Below the pieces are notes generated by a model. It was not told the origin of the DNA. It was given only the letters and a program-made list of their open reading frames with translations, and searched no databases. This document shows, piece after piece, positions 14,058-26,511 of a stretch of 64,000 bases of DNA. The DNA is from the human T2T-CHM13v2.0 reference genome, Homo sapiens: NCBI RefSeq assembly GCF_009914755.1, contig NC_060932.1; one strand, given 5' to 3'. The translations under genes and the position numbers were made by a program. How positions within the stretch are numbered: the stretch's first letter is position 1; the number at the start of each line of letters is the position of its first letter.

Positions 14058-14459
14058 TCAGCCTCTTTATGTAGTTGTCAGGAACTAGCATGGCTGCCAG
14101 CAGCTGTCACCTCAAATGATGTCATAAGAAGGATAGCAAAGTTTGACCCCTAAATCAGACAAAATTAAGTTTGAAGTACAGCTCTACCTCTTACTAATTA
14201 TAATCCTGGTTAAGTCATTTTGCTTTCTGTGCTGTAGTTGCCTTACCAAGAAAATGAACATAGTAATAGTACTTACAACCCAAAGTCCATTTATTCAGTC
14301 ATTCAACAATGTTACTTGAGCAAGATGATATGACAGGCACAGTGGTAGGCATATGGGGAGGATTACATTGAAGTGCTTAGCTAAATGTCAGGTGCCTTAA
14401 CTTCTCTTTACTAAAAGATTTCTCCTATATTTATCTTTGGCTTATGCTGCAAACTTTCC

Positions 14460-14720
14460 ACGTGTGATGTCATCTACTCCACTGCATGGTCTGGATCTGC
14501 TCACACTTGGGTAACTTCCTAATTATAATCTCCCAGGGCACTTCTCCTCTGAGCCCCAGATCCTTGTATCCATCACTTACTGGCCACCTCCCTTGAGGCA
14601 CACTCATTATGCCCCCAAATGAACTCATTATCTCTTTCCATCCACTCCATCTGCTCCTCCTCCTGGGTTTCTTCCTTTTCTCAGAGAATGAGGCCACCAA
14701 TTCTCCAAGTGCCAGAAACT
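14460..14720 (+). mobile_element. L2 internal fragment
   Basis: atctcccagg...cccccaaatgaactcattatct...atctgctcctcctcctggg. Confidence 0.6.
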
Positions 14721-15054
14721 CTTCCTTAAAACCTTCCATGGTATAGTGTTTCCTTCCATATTAAAAGGAGCTCCTCCCACTGCTGTGCTCAGATGGGAAT
14801 GCTAGACTGGATCCAACCACAATTTCAAGCTTATCTTATAGAGTTCTTGTCACAATCAATATTTTTTAATTAAATGAATAAACTAATGGTGAGAATTTCA
14901 TGCACCATAATGGGATTTGAGGGAAGCTATTTTGGGGTGTAGAGAGAGTTATTGATCTCTCTGAAATCACATCACTCAAACAATAGTACATTTTATCTTG
15001 TACTATATTAAGCTGGGGCTTAATAGACAATAGAATTGGCTGAAAATTTATTTT

Positions 15055-15860
15055 TTATTCATTATTTTACCCAACATGCACATTTTGAATACCCACTTAT
15101 ATGGTTTGGCTCTGTATCCCTATCCAAATCTCATCTCAAATAGTAATCCCCGTGTGTCGAAGGAGGGAAGCGATTGGATTATGTGGTTCGTTCCCCCCCA
15201 TGCAGTTCTTGTGATAGTGAGTGAATTCTCATGAGATCTGTTTTATAAATGGTAATTTTTTCCTGCACGCTCACACTCTTTCCTGTTGTCTTGTGAAGAT
15301 GTGCCTGCTTCCCTTTCGGCCAGGATTGTAAGTTCCTTGAGGGCTCCCCAGCTATATGGAATTGTGAGTCAATTAAACGTCTTTTCTTTATAAATTATGC
15401 AGTCTTGAGTAGATCTTTATAGGAGTGTGAGAATGGACTAATACATCCGCTCATGTGCCAGATGCTTTTTTGGGTTCTGAGGATATGGAGATGAGTGGAA
15501 TACGAGTCCATGGATCTCATTATCTAGTGGAGGGGAAGATATGTGAAACATAATGAAATGTGCACTCTGAGGAAGGGTTGTAGGAAGTGCTCTGTGCACA
15601 AAGAAGAGAGAGTGACAACTTCTGCCTGTGAGAATCAGGACAAACAGTACAGAGGTGGTAATATTTGTTTGGAACCTTTTATAATGTGGAAGAGTTTGCT
15701 AGTTGAAGACAAAGTGAGGGTGAAGGAGAAAAAGGAAGTCCTAGGCAGAGAAAACAGCACATGTATAATACGGAGCTGGGAAATGTTCTCTCATGACATA
15801 TACAAGTGTGTGCATCAGGAATGAGGCCAGTGTGGTCCACGAGGACCAAGGGCTGTGTAT
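15055..15860 (-). mobile_element. L2 3' region, interrupted by a THE1D LTR
   Basis: cattttgaatacccac [LTR] tcatgtgccagatgc...ctaggcagagaaaacagcacatgt. Confidence 0.65.
15097..15445 (+). mobile_element. THE1D-like solo LTR (ERVL-MaLR)
   Basis: t(t)atatggtttggctctgt...aatggactaataca; degenerate 5-bp TSD cccac/tccgc. Confidence 0.88.
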
Positions 15861-15867
15861 GTCCAGT

Positions 15868-16040
15868 TCAGGGGTTCTCATGGTCAGCATGCATCAGAAT
15901 CATCTGGACATCATCTAAAATAGAGGACTTCTGGATCCACTTGGGCCTGAGGACTCACAATCACTGGGGTGGCAACTGAGTATCACTATGTAGAAATTCT
16001 CCAGAGGTGATTCTAATGCAGACTCAAGCCTGAAGGTTAG
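15868..16040. mobile_element. MER5 (hAT-Charlie)
   Basis: caggggttctca...gcatcagaatcatctgg...ggtgattctaatgcag. Confidence 0.7.
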
Positions 16041-18204
16041 CAAAGTTCAGCGCACTGTCCGTGGTCATAGAGAAAGTGGCAGGAATGAATGTCCCACTCA
16101 GGTCCCTGGGGGTGATTATTAGGAATCCTGAGGTCCAGGGGCTATTGGCCTCAGCTGCCTTTGTGGGCAGTGAAGCTGCCTGCTGGACTCCACAAAGTGT
16201 CACAAATCCTGATTTTCTTCGAAAGGCAGCGATTTCCCTTGTCTGCCTCCAGGAAGGACTGCAGCTGATTCCAAAGACTGGCATCCTCCCCAGCCTCATT
16301 GGGTCCTTAGATAATGACAAATCCCTTTCATTTGCTCCCCATTATTTCATTGTAAATGAGAAAGTAATAAAGCAAGGCTGCGACTGGACTAATTAAATCA
16401 GCCATTTCTAATCCCATCGATCTAGGGAAAGAGAGTTGTGGAGGGTGGAGAAAGAGGCTTTTGATTCAGAATAAGGCAAATTCATTTCTGTCACAATGTG
16501 GGTGTTGAGGACTGAGAAAGAAACAGCTCTGGACCTGGGATCTGAACTCTGTGGGAGGAGAGGCTCAGCATGCCTGGGGTGGAAGGCAACCCTACTCTAC
16601 CGGGCGCAGAGGTGGAGCACCAGATAAAAGCACATTGTTTTCTTCTCAGGACAAAAGGCACACCATGAGAGGAGAGGCTGTCGAAGCGAGAATCTTAGTC
16701 TTTGTTGCTGGGGGATGAACATTGGGGGGTGGCTAATCAGCACCAAAGGTGGCAAAAATACATGGATAAATACATAAATTTTTAAAAAGAGACCTGTAGG
16801 AAGCCAGCAGGTGTGATTTTCATGGGCTGACTAAGCAGCACTGGTCAGGTTGAGTTTAGAAATGTCTTTTCTGTTGTTTTTCTGTGGAAGATCGTTTTTG
16901 TCAGTCACGTGGACTTGCCCAGTTCCTCCCAGCTGTGGTCTCCTGATTCATCTCCCTGGCCACCCCATTCTGAACTGCTCGCAATCCTTTGAAGGTGCCA
17001 GAGAGATCCATACCTGCTTGATTTTATTCATGCTACACTACCTGCCTGGGAGGCTCTTCCCTACCCCTTCCTCTGGAGTGTCTCAAAGTGTCAACTGTGT
17101 ACCATTTACCTTAGAAAAACTTAGGAATTTTGCTGAAAGTGCAGAACCCAGACCTTAGCACATTCCTGGTGAATCACTTTCTGGAGGCTGGATCTCAAGG
17201 ATCTGGATCTTGGCAAATATGATGGGTGATTCTTAGTAGTAATACCAGGGTGTGAGAACTGCTGGCTGCCCTGTTCTTTCTGTGTGGGAACACCTATTCA
17301 TCTTTCTCTTTACTCCTTCAGCGTGTAGAAATAAACAGGGCTCCCTGTTGCTTTAGGCTTAGAAATGGTCAAAAGCATTTTTATTTGATTCAAGCTTGTT
17401 GTAAACTTCTGCAGAAAGAAGACAATGAATTGTAATGTCCACCTCGAAAACGAACAGATTTTATAATGGTTGGAGAACAAATATCTAGAGAGAAAAGAAA
17501 AAAAAGTTTATTTTAAACTGGGCAATTTTGACTTCAGTTGTGCCTGAAATGAATAATAGTAAGTAGAATTTATGAGCTATCATTATATCTTTCCTTAGCC
17601 ATATTTTATGACTTTCCAAAGTAAGCTAAAGCATATCTTACAAACTTTGACAACCACACAAACATAAAGATTTACAACTTAGGTGAGTAAAGGCTGACTC
17701 TGTAATAAAATAATTTGACTGTAAAAGAATGCTTGCCTTTTAGTGGACATTAGTCATGTTGTCTGATTGGCAACCTCTCGATGTTTGGGGGGAAATTATT
17801 GTTTTATGAGTTTCACATCATCAACACAGAATGAGCAAATTTGATTTTGCAGCCTCCCTTGCAGCTCAAACCCAGACCATTTACACGTTTAACGAGTTCC
17901 ACTGATCGTTAGCCCCTGCACAAGATGGGATTTGAAAGTGAGAAATAAAAATCTGACTCTCTACTGGCCCATTTTGCTGCAAAAGGTCATGGCAGAAGCA
18001 CCAGCTTTGGGAGGGTCCTGGGTGCCCATCAGGTTGCTGGTTCAGAAGTTCCTTTTGCTGAGGGCCTTTGGTTCCTAGTGTTGAAGCTGAGCTACAGCTA
18101 AAAGGCAGTGAGAGCTGGAACCATGGTTTCCCTAGCAGCCATTCAGGATGTTCCTGAAAGCTTAAGCTCAAAGTTGACTCACCAGCTCCCCTTGCAAGTC
18201 TCTG

Positions 18205-19140
<936 letters not shown>

Positions 19141-19649
19141 CCAAACTTCTTTCAGCAACTTATTTACTGCTTTATCAGTCAGAGTTGGCTTCTGTTGCTT
19201 GCAACTAAGAGCTCTGACAGTGATATCTCTTTATAATACAAAAAAAGGGAAAACCATAGAGGACATTTTCTGCTTAGGATCAACATCAGAACATGGTTAA
19301 ATCCTGCTTGAGACCTTCATTTCAGCTCAATTAATCAGTGTTTAGAGCAGAAACTTTGGTTGTTTTCTTATCAGCATAACCTAAAATATTTTATAGCACA
19401 TCTGAATAACAGAGCACTTTTAATCCAGGTGATTTGCCTCATAGATTCCCATTAATTGAAAGCTGATTCTCTTCTTAGAGGAAGACTCACATTTCTGATG
19501 AATCTTGTGTTCTCTCAAGGAAGGGACTTATCTTATCCTATAATCACAAATATAACCTGTTCTAAGAATCTTTCCTGACTGCTTCCTGGTGATAAACACC
19601 TTCTCTGAGGTCCTATTCTGCACCGTGCAGATGTAACACCCAAAAGCCC

Positions 19650-19775
19650 TTGGGCCTCTCTGAGTAGACTGCCACCTTTGAGGGCAAGAATTTACCTTTT
19701 CTATGTCGGCATGCTCAGCACTCAATGCAGTATGTCCCTGGAATAAGTGCTCAATGGATGTTTGTTGAATCAAAG
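19650..19775 (+). mobile_element. L2 3' end
   Basis: tagactgccacctttgagggcaaga...aagtgctcaatggatgtttgttgaat. Confidence 0.7.
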
Positions 19776-21049
19776 AATCTATGTAAGAAGATATGATTGT
19801 GGCAAGTTTGGCGTAGCCCATAGGGCATGTCCTTGCAAAGTATTTAAAAGACTAGGTTTTCTCAGCTCTGGTGGTGCCCATCTCTTCATATTCTCTTGCA
19901 CAGTGAATCCTATGGCCCTTTGGAACTATTATGGGGATTTAAGCAAAAAAGTGGCATGACTGTGTCTGGGCTTTGGACAACATTTCTTTGGCTGCATTGC
20001 AGGATGAATGGGAAGGCCAAGACTATGGGCAGGTAGACTTGGCAGGTGATTCTGCAGTGGTCCAGGCATGAGATGCAGAAGGGTGGATAGAAGCAAGAGA
20101 TAATTTATAATCTAATAAAAATGCTACAACTTATCAGTGGCCTACTCTGAGCCAGACTGTTGCATATGCTGTTTTTGTTCTTCATAGTAGCCCTGAACAT
20201 TGTGTTTGACACCCCCGTTTCTTTCTGAGGAGGGAAAGGCTGGTAGATTTGTCTAAAAACACAGCTAATGAAGGTAGAGCCAGTGATTAATTCAGAGACA
20301 TCTGGCCCCAAAGCCCATGCACCTTCGTGTGGATCTCATACCTGAACCCAATGCTGATCTGATGGCCTCTGAAGACTGCCCTCCTTTCAATGTGGCAGTG
20401 ACAGAAGAGACACAGCTTTGCCGTACCAGTGCTGAGCCACCTGGAAGGACAAGAGGGATGTTGCAATTTAAATGTGTGGCTGCTGCTCAAGGGGATGAGA
20501 GAAAGAGACAAGGCCTGTGGTGTTGGCTTCTGCATGGGACTGCAGTTCGGGCTGAGGATTTCTGCTCCCCATCTGCCCTTGTCCAGGATAGGTTTTGCAA
20601 ATGTAGCCAATTGGAAATAAAGCAGCTGCTGCAAATTCAGATGTCCCCTATGAGCTGGGAAAGAACCATAAGAGTCATCTGTACAGCAGGGTTAAGAATG
20701 GGCATTCTGTAAGGTTTCTGCTACTTGAAATTCTGCAATTCTACAATTCTACAAATTATCTCCAAGTTTTTCTCATTTCCCTTGGTGTTGCTTCTTTTTC
20801 CAATGTTAACTAATATTTCAGGAAACCTTGGTTTTTGAAGCTTAACCTTGTAATTTCGACTATTTGGCAGAGTCCCTGAGCATTCATGTGATATGATAAT
20901 TTGTAACTTTATTGAGGGTAAGTTTGAATTTCAAGGGCTGTAAGATCAACTAAAAGCAAGCACCCAGCTGGTGAGTGAGCCTCAAGTGGCCCTATTGCCA
21001 CTCGCCGCAGCCGTGTGGCATCTATGTGCTATCATGTAATAATTAAGAA

Positions 21050-21240
21050 GAGCTGCTACCATTCTCAAGCATGAATTCTGGGCCAGACACGGTGTTATGC
21101 TCCACATGCATTGTCTCACTTACTCCTCACAAACACCTGGCAGAATGGTAAGTGTCTCATTTTTGCAGAGAAACGGAAGCTCACAGGAGCTAGGTAATTT
21201 TCCCATAGTGTCACAGCCATTAAGTGGCAGAGCCTTCACC
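21050..21240 (-). mobile_element. MIR
   Basis: tgcattgtctcacttactcctcacaaa...catttttgcagag...gtcacagccattaagtggcagagcc. Confidence 0.7.
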
Positions 21241-21304
21241 ATTGTTTCTTTTCAGGCTTAGGAAGGTTCATGGTTGAGGTGACTGCCATTAGGATGTCAG
21301 AATT

Positions 21305-21935
21305 CCTATATTGAATCAATATTGAGTGGGCACCTACCACGTGCCAGGCACTGTTCTATGGACAGTATTATTATAGCACTGAACAAAAAAGGACAAACAA
21401 CTCTATTCTCACAGAGCTTTCATTCAAGTGGGTGGAGTGGGCAATAAGCTACGTAAACAATAGACATATTCTGTGTTGGATGGTGACTGGTGCTAGGGAG
21501 GAAAATATAGCACGGAAGGGGTACAGTGGAGGGCAGGGGTGGTTGGGGTTGGTGGCTCAGTTTTAAATAAGGGGGACATGCAGGGATCCCCATAGAGAGG
21601 GTGACACATATGCAAAGACTCAGAGGGCCACAAGGAGAGCACGTGAGCGCCAGTAGGCCAATTAATTCTACTCACCTCAGCCTCCACTTGGAGGGTGTGG
21701 GAGGTCACTGGAAAGTTTGCAGCAGACAATGCCTTGCTGTGACCTGTGTTTGGAAATAATTACTGTGGCATGTGGAAAATTGATGAAAGCGGGAGAAAGA
21801 CAGGAAGAAATGAGGAGTCCAAGTTGGAGGCTCTTGCAGGCATCCATGCGAGAGCTGACGGTGGCCTGGGCAAGTGGATGTACTTTGAAGGCAAAGCCAG
21901 CAGAATTCCCTGTCTGATTGGATGTGGAGTGCAAT
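21305..21935 (-). mobile_element. L2a fragment
   Basis: tattgagtgggcacctaccacgtgccaggcactgttct...tttgaaggcaaagccagcagaatt...gattggatgtgg. Confidence 0.8.
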
Positions 21936-22760
21936 GTTGAATTTATTTCAGTGACAGAATTTATTTAAATAGATTTTAAAATGTCCTGCATGGTTTCCCA
22001 AAAGGGTCACTGGAGGTCTAACCGGGTCTCTTAAATATTTTGATGATATGTTACTGCATTTGGAGAAACAATTTGCCACCACAAATGTGGGGACTAGCTA
22101 AGGTCTTGGCTTGCAGTCCTCACAGATGTCTACAGTGTATGTGACTATTACCTGATTCTGGGCTTGGGTCAGGGACAGAGACCAAGAAAATTCTGCCGGG
22201 GATCTACGAATCGGAAGCAGCAGCTCATCTCGGAGGAGGTGAGGAGCCAGAAACCAATTGGGAACAAGCCATGGTGGTGACAGCAGCTTTCTGCGCTGGG
22301 TAAACCAGGAACCCATTGTTCCAAGGAGAAGATGCCTGTGGAAGGGGCGGGGGTGCGGTCTTGGCAGCACAGACCCACAGATGTCTTTAATTTTCACAGC
22401 AGCAGATTTAAGAAGGGGAGTATGGCTCAGAACCATAAGGGCAGGACTGGGGAACCCAGACTGTCTGTTCTGGTAACCAAGCTGGTGAGAAGGAAACTTC
22501 TCTGAATGGGTATTATGGTCAGTAATTTGCTTAGTCTGGCCAGCACACAGAGATTAGTATCCACAGGAAGTGTGGTTCTTCTTGAGCGTCTGCAATAGCA
22601 TTTCCGAGATGGACAATCACTTAGATTCATTTGGGGTCATTTGGGGAATGTGCTCTAGACTTAAGAGTTCAAAATCCTGATTTTGAACTTCTGTTCTGCC
22701 ACCTTCTAGCTGCGTGACCTCGGATAAATCACATAACCTCTTCACACCTCTGCTTTTTAA

Positions 22761-23104
22761 AAAATTATACTTTAAGTTCTGGGGTACATGTGCAGAGCAT
22801 GCAGTTTTGTTGCATAGGTATACACGTGCCATGGTGGTTTGCTGCATCTATCAACCCACCATCTACATTAGAAATTTCTCCTTATGCTATCCCTCCCCTG
22901 GACCCCCATGCCCCAACAGGCCCTGGTATGTGATGTTCCCCTCCTTGTGTCCATGTGTTCTCATTGTTCAGCTCCCACTTATGAATGAGAACATGTGGTG
23001 TTTTGTTTTCTGTTCTTGTGTTAGTTTGCTGAGAATGATGGTTTCCAGCTTCATCCATGTCCCTGCAAAGGACATCCTTTTTCATGTTTGCATAGTATTC
23101 CATG
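22761..23104 (-). mobile_element. 5'-truncated L1PA (about PA7-PA10) inserted in a MIR
   Basis: ttatactttaagttctggggtacatgtgcag L1PA 3' end; perfect 18-bp TSD cacacctctgctttttaa at 22743-22760 and 23105-23122. Confidence 0.93.
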
Positions 23105-23166
23105 CACACCTCTGCTTTTTAATCTCTACAATGGGGTAGTAGAATATATCGCTGATCACCTATATT

Positions 23167-23512
23167 GTATGCCCCATTTCTGCTGGGGGATTACCCTTGT
23201 GAACCCATGATTTGCTTTGACCAATGAAACGTGTCCAAAAGTGACATGTGATACTTCTGGGGGAAAGCTTTAAAGAGTCAGTGCACGGCTTGCCATGTTT
23301 CTCTTTCCTAGTCTCTGTGACTGTGGAAGAATGGATCTAGGCAGAGTCTCCATCAGCCTGGGTCCCTGAGGAATTATGATGTGCAGAACTCCCTGCTGAC
23401 CTGTGGTGGTCATGTAAGTATGAGTGAGAAATAAACTATTTCGCTTTAAACCTTTAAAGATTTCTAGGTTGTTTGTTACCACAGCATAACCTAACCTATC
23501 CTGACTGATACA
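23167..23512 (+). mobile_element. MLT1J-like MaLR solo LTR
   Basis: ctttgaccaatgaaacgtg...ctccatcagcctgggtccctgag...ttgtttgttaccacagcataaccta...tgactgataca. Confidence 0.8.
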
Positions 23513-24184
23513 AGTGGAAATGATAATCTCATCATATATATAGCGTAGGATTGTTCTGAGAATTGAATAATTATTCCCTTGTTCTGGAACAATTTCCTTC
23601 ACCACTCTAGGCTCTTCTTCACTTTTTAGGTATCAGACAAAAAGTCCCTTCCTGAGAAACATCTTTCTGGCCTTCAGTGAGTTAGTTCCCTCTGCTGTTA
23701 AAGCCTCCTTTGTAATCTTCATCTCACCTATAACCCCTTCTTGTATAATCTGTGACAACACTCTTCTTTGACCTGTAAGAAGGTGAGCCCTTGCCTGTCT
23801 TGTTCATATTGGCCCCCATAACCTTGTACACAACCTGGCACAAAGTAAGTGCTCAAAGATTAAGGTTCATGACCAAGAAATGGAGTGGCTGGCATGGGGA
23901 CAGCAGCCTTCTTTTTCTCTTGTCACCACCACAGCTTTGTTTATATTTCTCTTCTCCCCTCAGGGGCTCCATATTTGAAAATATTTCTGTCTACCAAACA
24001 AACTGCATTTATTATAAAGCAGTACATTTGACCCGTTCGTTATTACTCAAAGACACATGTAGCTGCTGATAAGAGCTTCTGATCAGCAGGAGATAATCAC
24101 CATGGCCACATCAATGAATATAATTCCAGCCCCAAGCAAAGCAAACAGATGTTTGCATTTGTACAGCTTTACAGGGCCTTTAGC

Positions 24185-24700
24185 TAACAGTTGCTTCAAC
24201 CAAAAGGACATTTAATGTTTATGTAACTAGAGGTCCCCAGGGAGGCATTTTCGGGGTTGGTTAGGAAGCTCCACCACATCTTTGAGGATTTTGGCAGCTT
24301 CTATCTTTCCCTGCTGCCATCTTCACTTTCTCTCATGCCTGTTGCCTCCTGGTATTTCCATGATGTCTGCAGCTGCTCCAGGAAGACTGAGTGCGTTGTC
24401 AGGGTGAAGGAGCAGAGCCAGGAATCTCTCGTCTTCTGTCTGTTGCTTTCACCAGGAAATCAAAAGCTTTCCCAGAAACTCCTCCTCAGACTTTGCTGTA
24501 GGTTTCTTTAGGCAAAGCTGGATTCCGGGGTCACCCCTAGCTGCAAGGGATTCTCGGGAAGTGGCTGGAAAAGGGCCTGGGAATCCTCCTGAGCCATCCC
24601 CTGGGCCTGACATATGGCATCCGGGACAAAGGGCAGGCCCATGGGCAAGGAACAAAGTCAGGAGAGCGGTTTCTGGGTGGCAATGAATAGCATCTGCAGC
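24185..24700 (-). mobile_element. MLT1K/L-like MaLR LTR
   Basis: ttctatctttccctgctgccatc...ttcccagaaactcc...cacccctagctgcaaggga. Confidence 0.6.
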
Positions 24701-25574
24701 ACCTGCTGCGGGAATGAGGCCTCGTTATGTCTTCCTCATTCATTTAGTCAAACCCACTCAGTTACTAGGGAAGGAGAGCAATGCCCAAGGATGAGGAAAT
24801 TTTCAAGGGCTCATCTTGATTGAGGGGCAGATAGAAGTTAGGCTATCAGTCCTCAAGATCTCTTCATTCTTTTAAAGAAATAATCGAAAGAGGCTCATGA
24901 TCCTGTCAAGTTGCTCAGTACAAGCAGAGAGTCTCATCCTGCAGGCCATGTGGGGAGAAGAGCACAAGGTAGGTAGTCGGAGTTCCGGTCCCACTTCTGC
25001 TTCTATCTAGCTGTGCCTTGTTGGGCAATTATGTAATGCACTTTAGGCTTGAATTTGTTTCATTGGCCATATTATTTAGTTTGATTTTACAGATAGGGAA
25101 ATTGAGAGCTGGAGAGGTAAAATAACATCCCAGGGTCACATGGCTAGTGAGTGGTGGGGCAAAGTCTTGAACGCAGACCTCCTGACTTCCTGTTTGGTCC
25201 TGCCCTCGATAGATGTGTCTGGGAGAGCCTCAAGTACTCCCTGAGTAAGGGGTCAGGGCTGGACACCCTCCCCACTGTTTAGGACTTAATTCACTGTGTT
25301 AGGAGGAGTTATTGATCAGTTTCATTTGTTTAAAAAGGGACTTACAAAACTTGGCTCTCAACTTGTGTTTATAAAGTGGCTCTTTGGTGAATAGATCTGG
25401 ATACTATTAATTATTGCAAAATGCTGTGTTTATGTATCACCAAATCACCCACTGCTGCAATGATGCAATGGTAGGAACGGGGTCCTTTTGATCTTTAGTA
25501 ACAACAAAGAATGTCAATCCTGTAGCAATATTTCCTTCACCCATCTAGACATGTCTCTCCTGAGGAGATTTCTT

Positions 25575-25818
25575 CCTTTTTTTTTTTTTCACTGCAACCC
25601 CCGCCTCCCAGGTTCATGCCATTCTCCTGCCTCAGCCTCCCGAGTAGCTGGGACTACAGGTGCCCACCACCACACCCAGCTAATTTTTTGTATTTTTTTT
25701 AGTAGAGATGGGGTTTCACCATGTTAGCCAGGATGGTCTCGATCTCCTGACCTCATGATTCGCCTGCCTCGGCCTCCCAAAGTGCTAGGATTACAGGTGT
25801 GAGCCACTGTGCCCAGGC
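25575..25818 (-). mobile_element. AluY/Sc lacking the last ~55 nt of the right monomer
   Basis: Poly-T joins directly to cactgcaac; TSD ctcctg(a/g)ggagatttctt at 25557-25574 and 25818-25835. Confidence 0.9.
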
Positions 25819-26329
25819 TCCTGGGGAGATTTCTTTTGTTAAATACAGATTACAGGGCCGCACCCCTTGGAAAGCCCAGAAAGGGCCTACAAAATTGTAC
25901 CTTTACAGAGTTTTTATTGGAGATTCTGAAAATCAGCCTAATATTTCAATCACTGTGTAGACAGAATGCAATTTCTCAAAGCAGCCCTTGAACACCTTTG
26001 AATTGTTGTTTATTTGCTTTGCTCTCAAACAAAATGTGCGTTAGTACCAGGTGGAAGGATGTGATACAGTGATGACCAGATGGTTCAAACTTCTGAACTT
26101 CTCAGAAGCATTGTTAACCATGGAGGTGGTTTGCTTTTGCCTTAAATGTATGTAATTGAAAACATAGATAGAGTTCCTCATTAAGAGAACTAAGGTACTT
26201 TGAGTATCATTATTCCATTCAAATCGAGAATGCTATCAAAACAACTTTTAAATAAATGCTAAGCTGAACTCATGAAATATTATCAATGATCATCTTAGGT
26301 CATTGATACATGAGGTAAAGTGGTATTGG

Positions 26330-26445
26330 ACAGTGCCTGAGATATTTTTTGGTTATTTATAATTAGGCAGGCATGGTGGGGTACAAGTATCTGCAGGGTA
26401 GAGATCAGGGATGCTACTACATATCCTACAATGCACAGGACATCC
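26330..26445. mobile_element. MER20 fragment
   Basis: gggtagagatcagggatgct...atatcctacaatgcacaggaca. Confidence 0.75.
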
Positions 26446-26461
26446 TTTAAGTTTGGCATAT

Positions 26462-26464
<3 letters not shown>

Positions 26465-26510
<46 letters not shown>
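26465..26510. repeat. (TG)23 microsatellite
   Basis: Uninterrupted TG run read directly. Confidence 0.97.

Positions 26511-26511
<1 letters not shown>

Noticed and set aside
21517-21548. G-quadruplex-like run
   Set aside because: It has one long loop and lies in a decayed L2; such motifs are common background.
22180-22400. GC box (ggggcgggg) with a few CpGs as a possible promoter
   Set aside because: Too short and CpG-poor for an island; no other core promoter support.
22714-23139. 141-aa ORF (and a similar one at 60321-60611)
   Set aside because: Antisense reading of L1PA 3' UTR, a common artefact.
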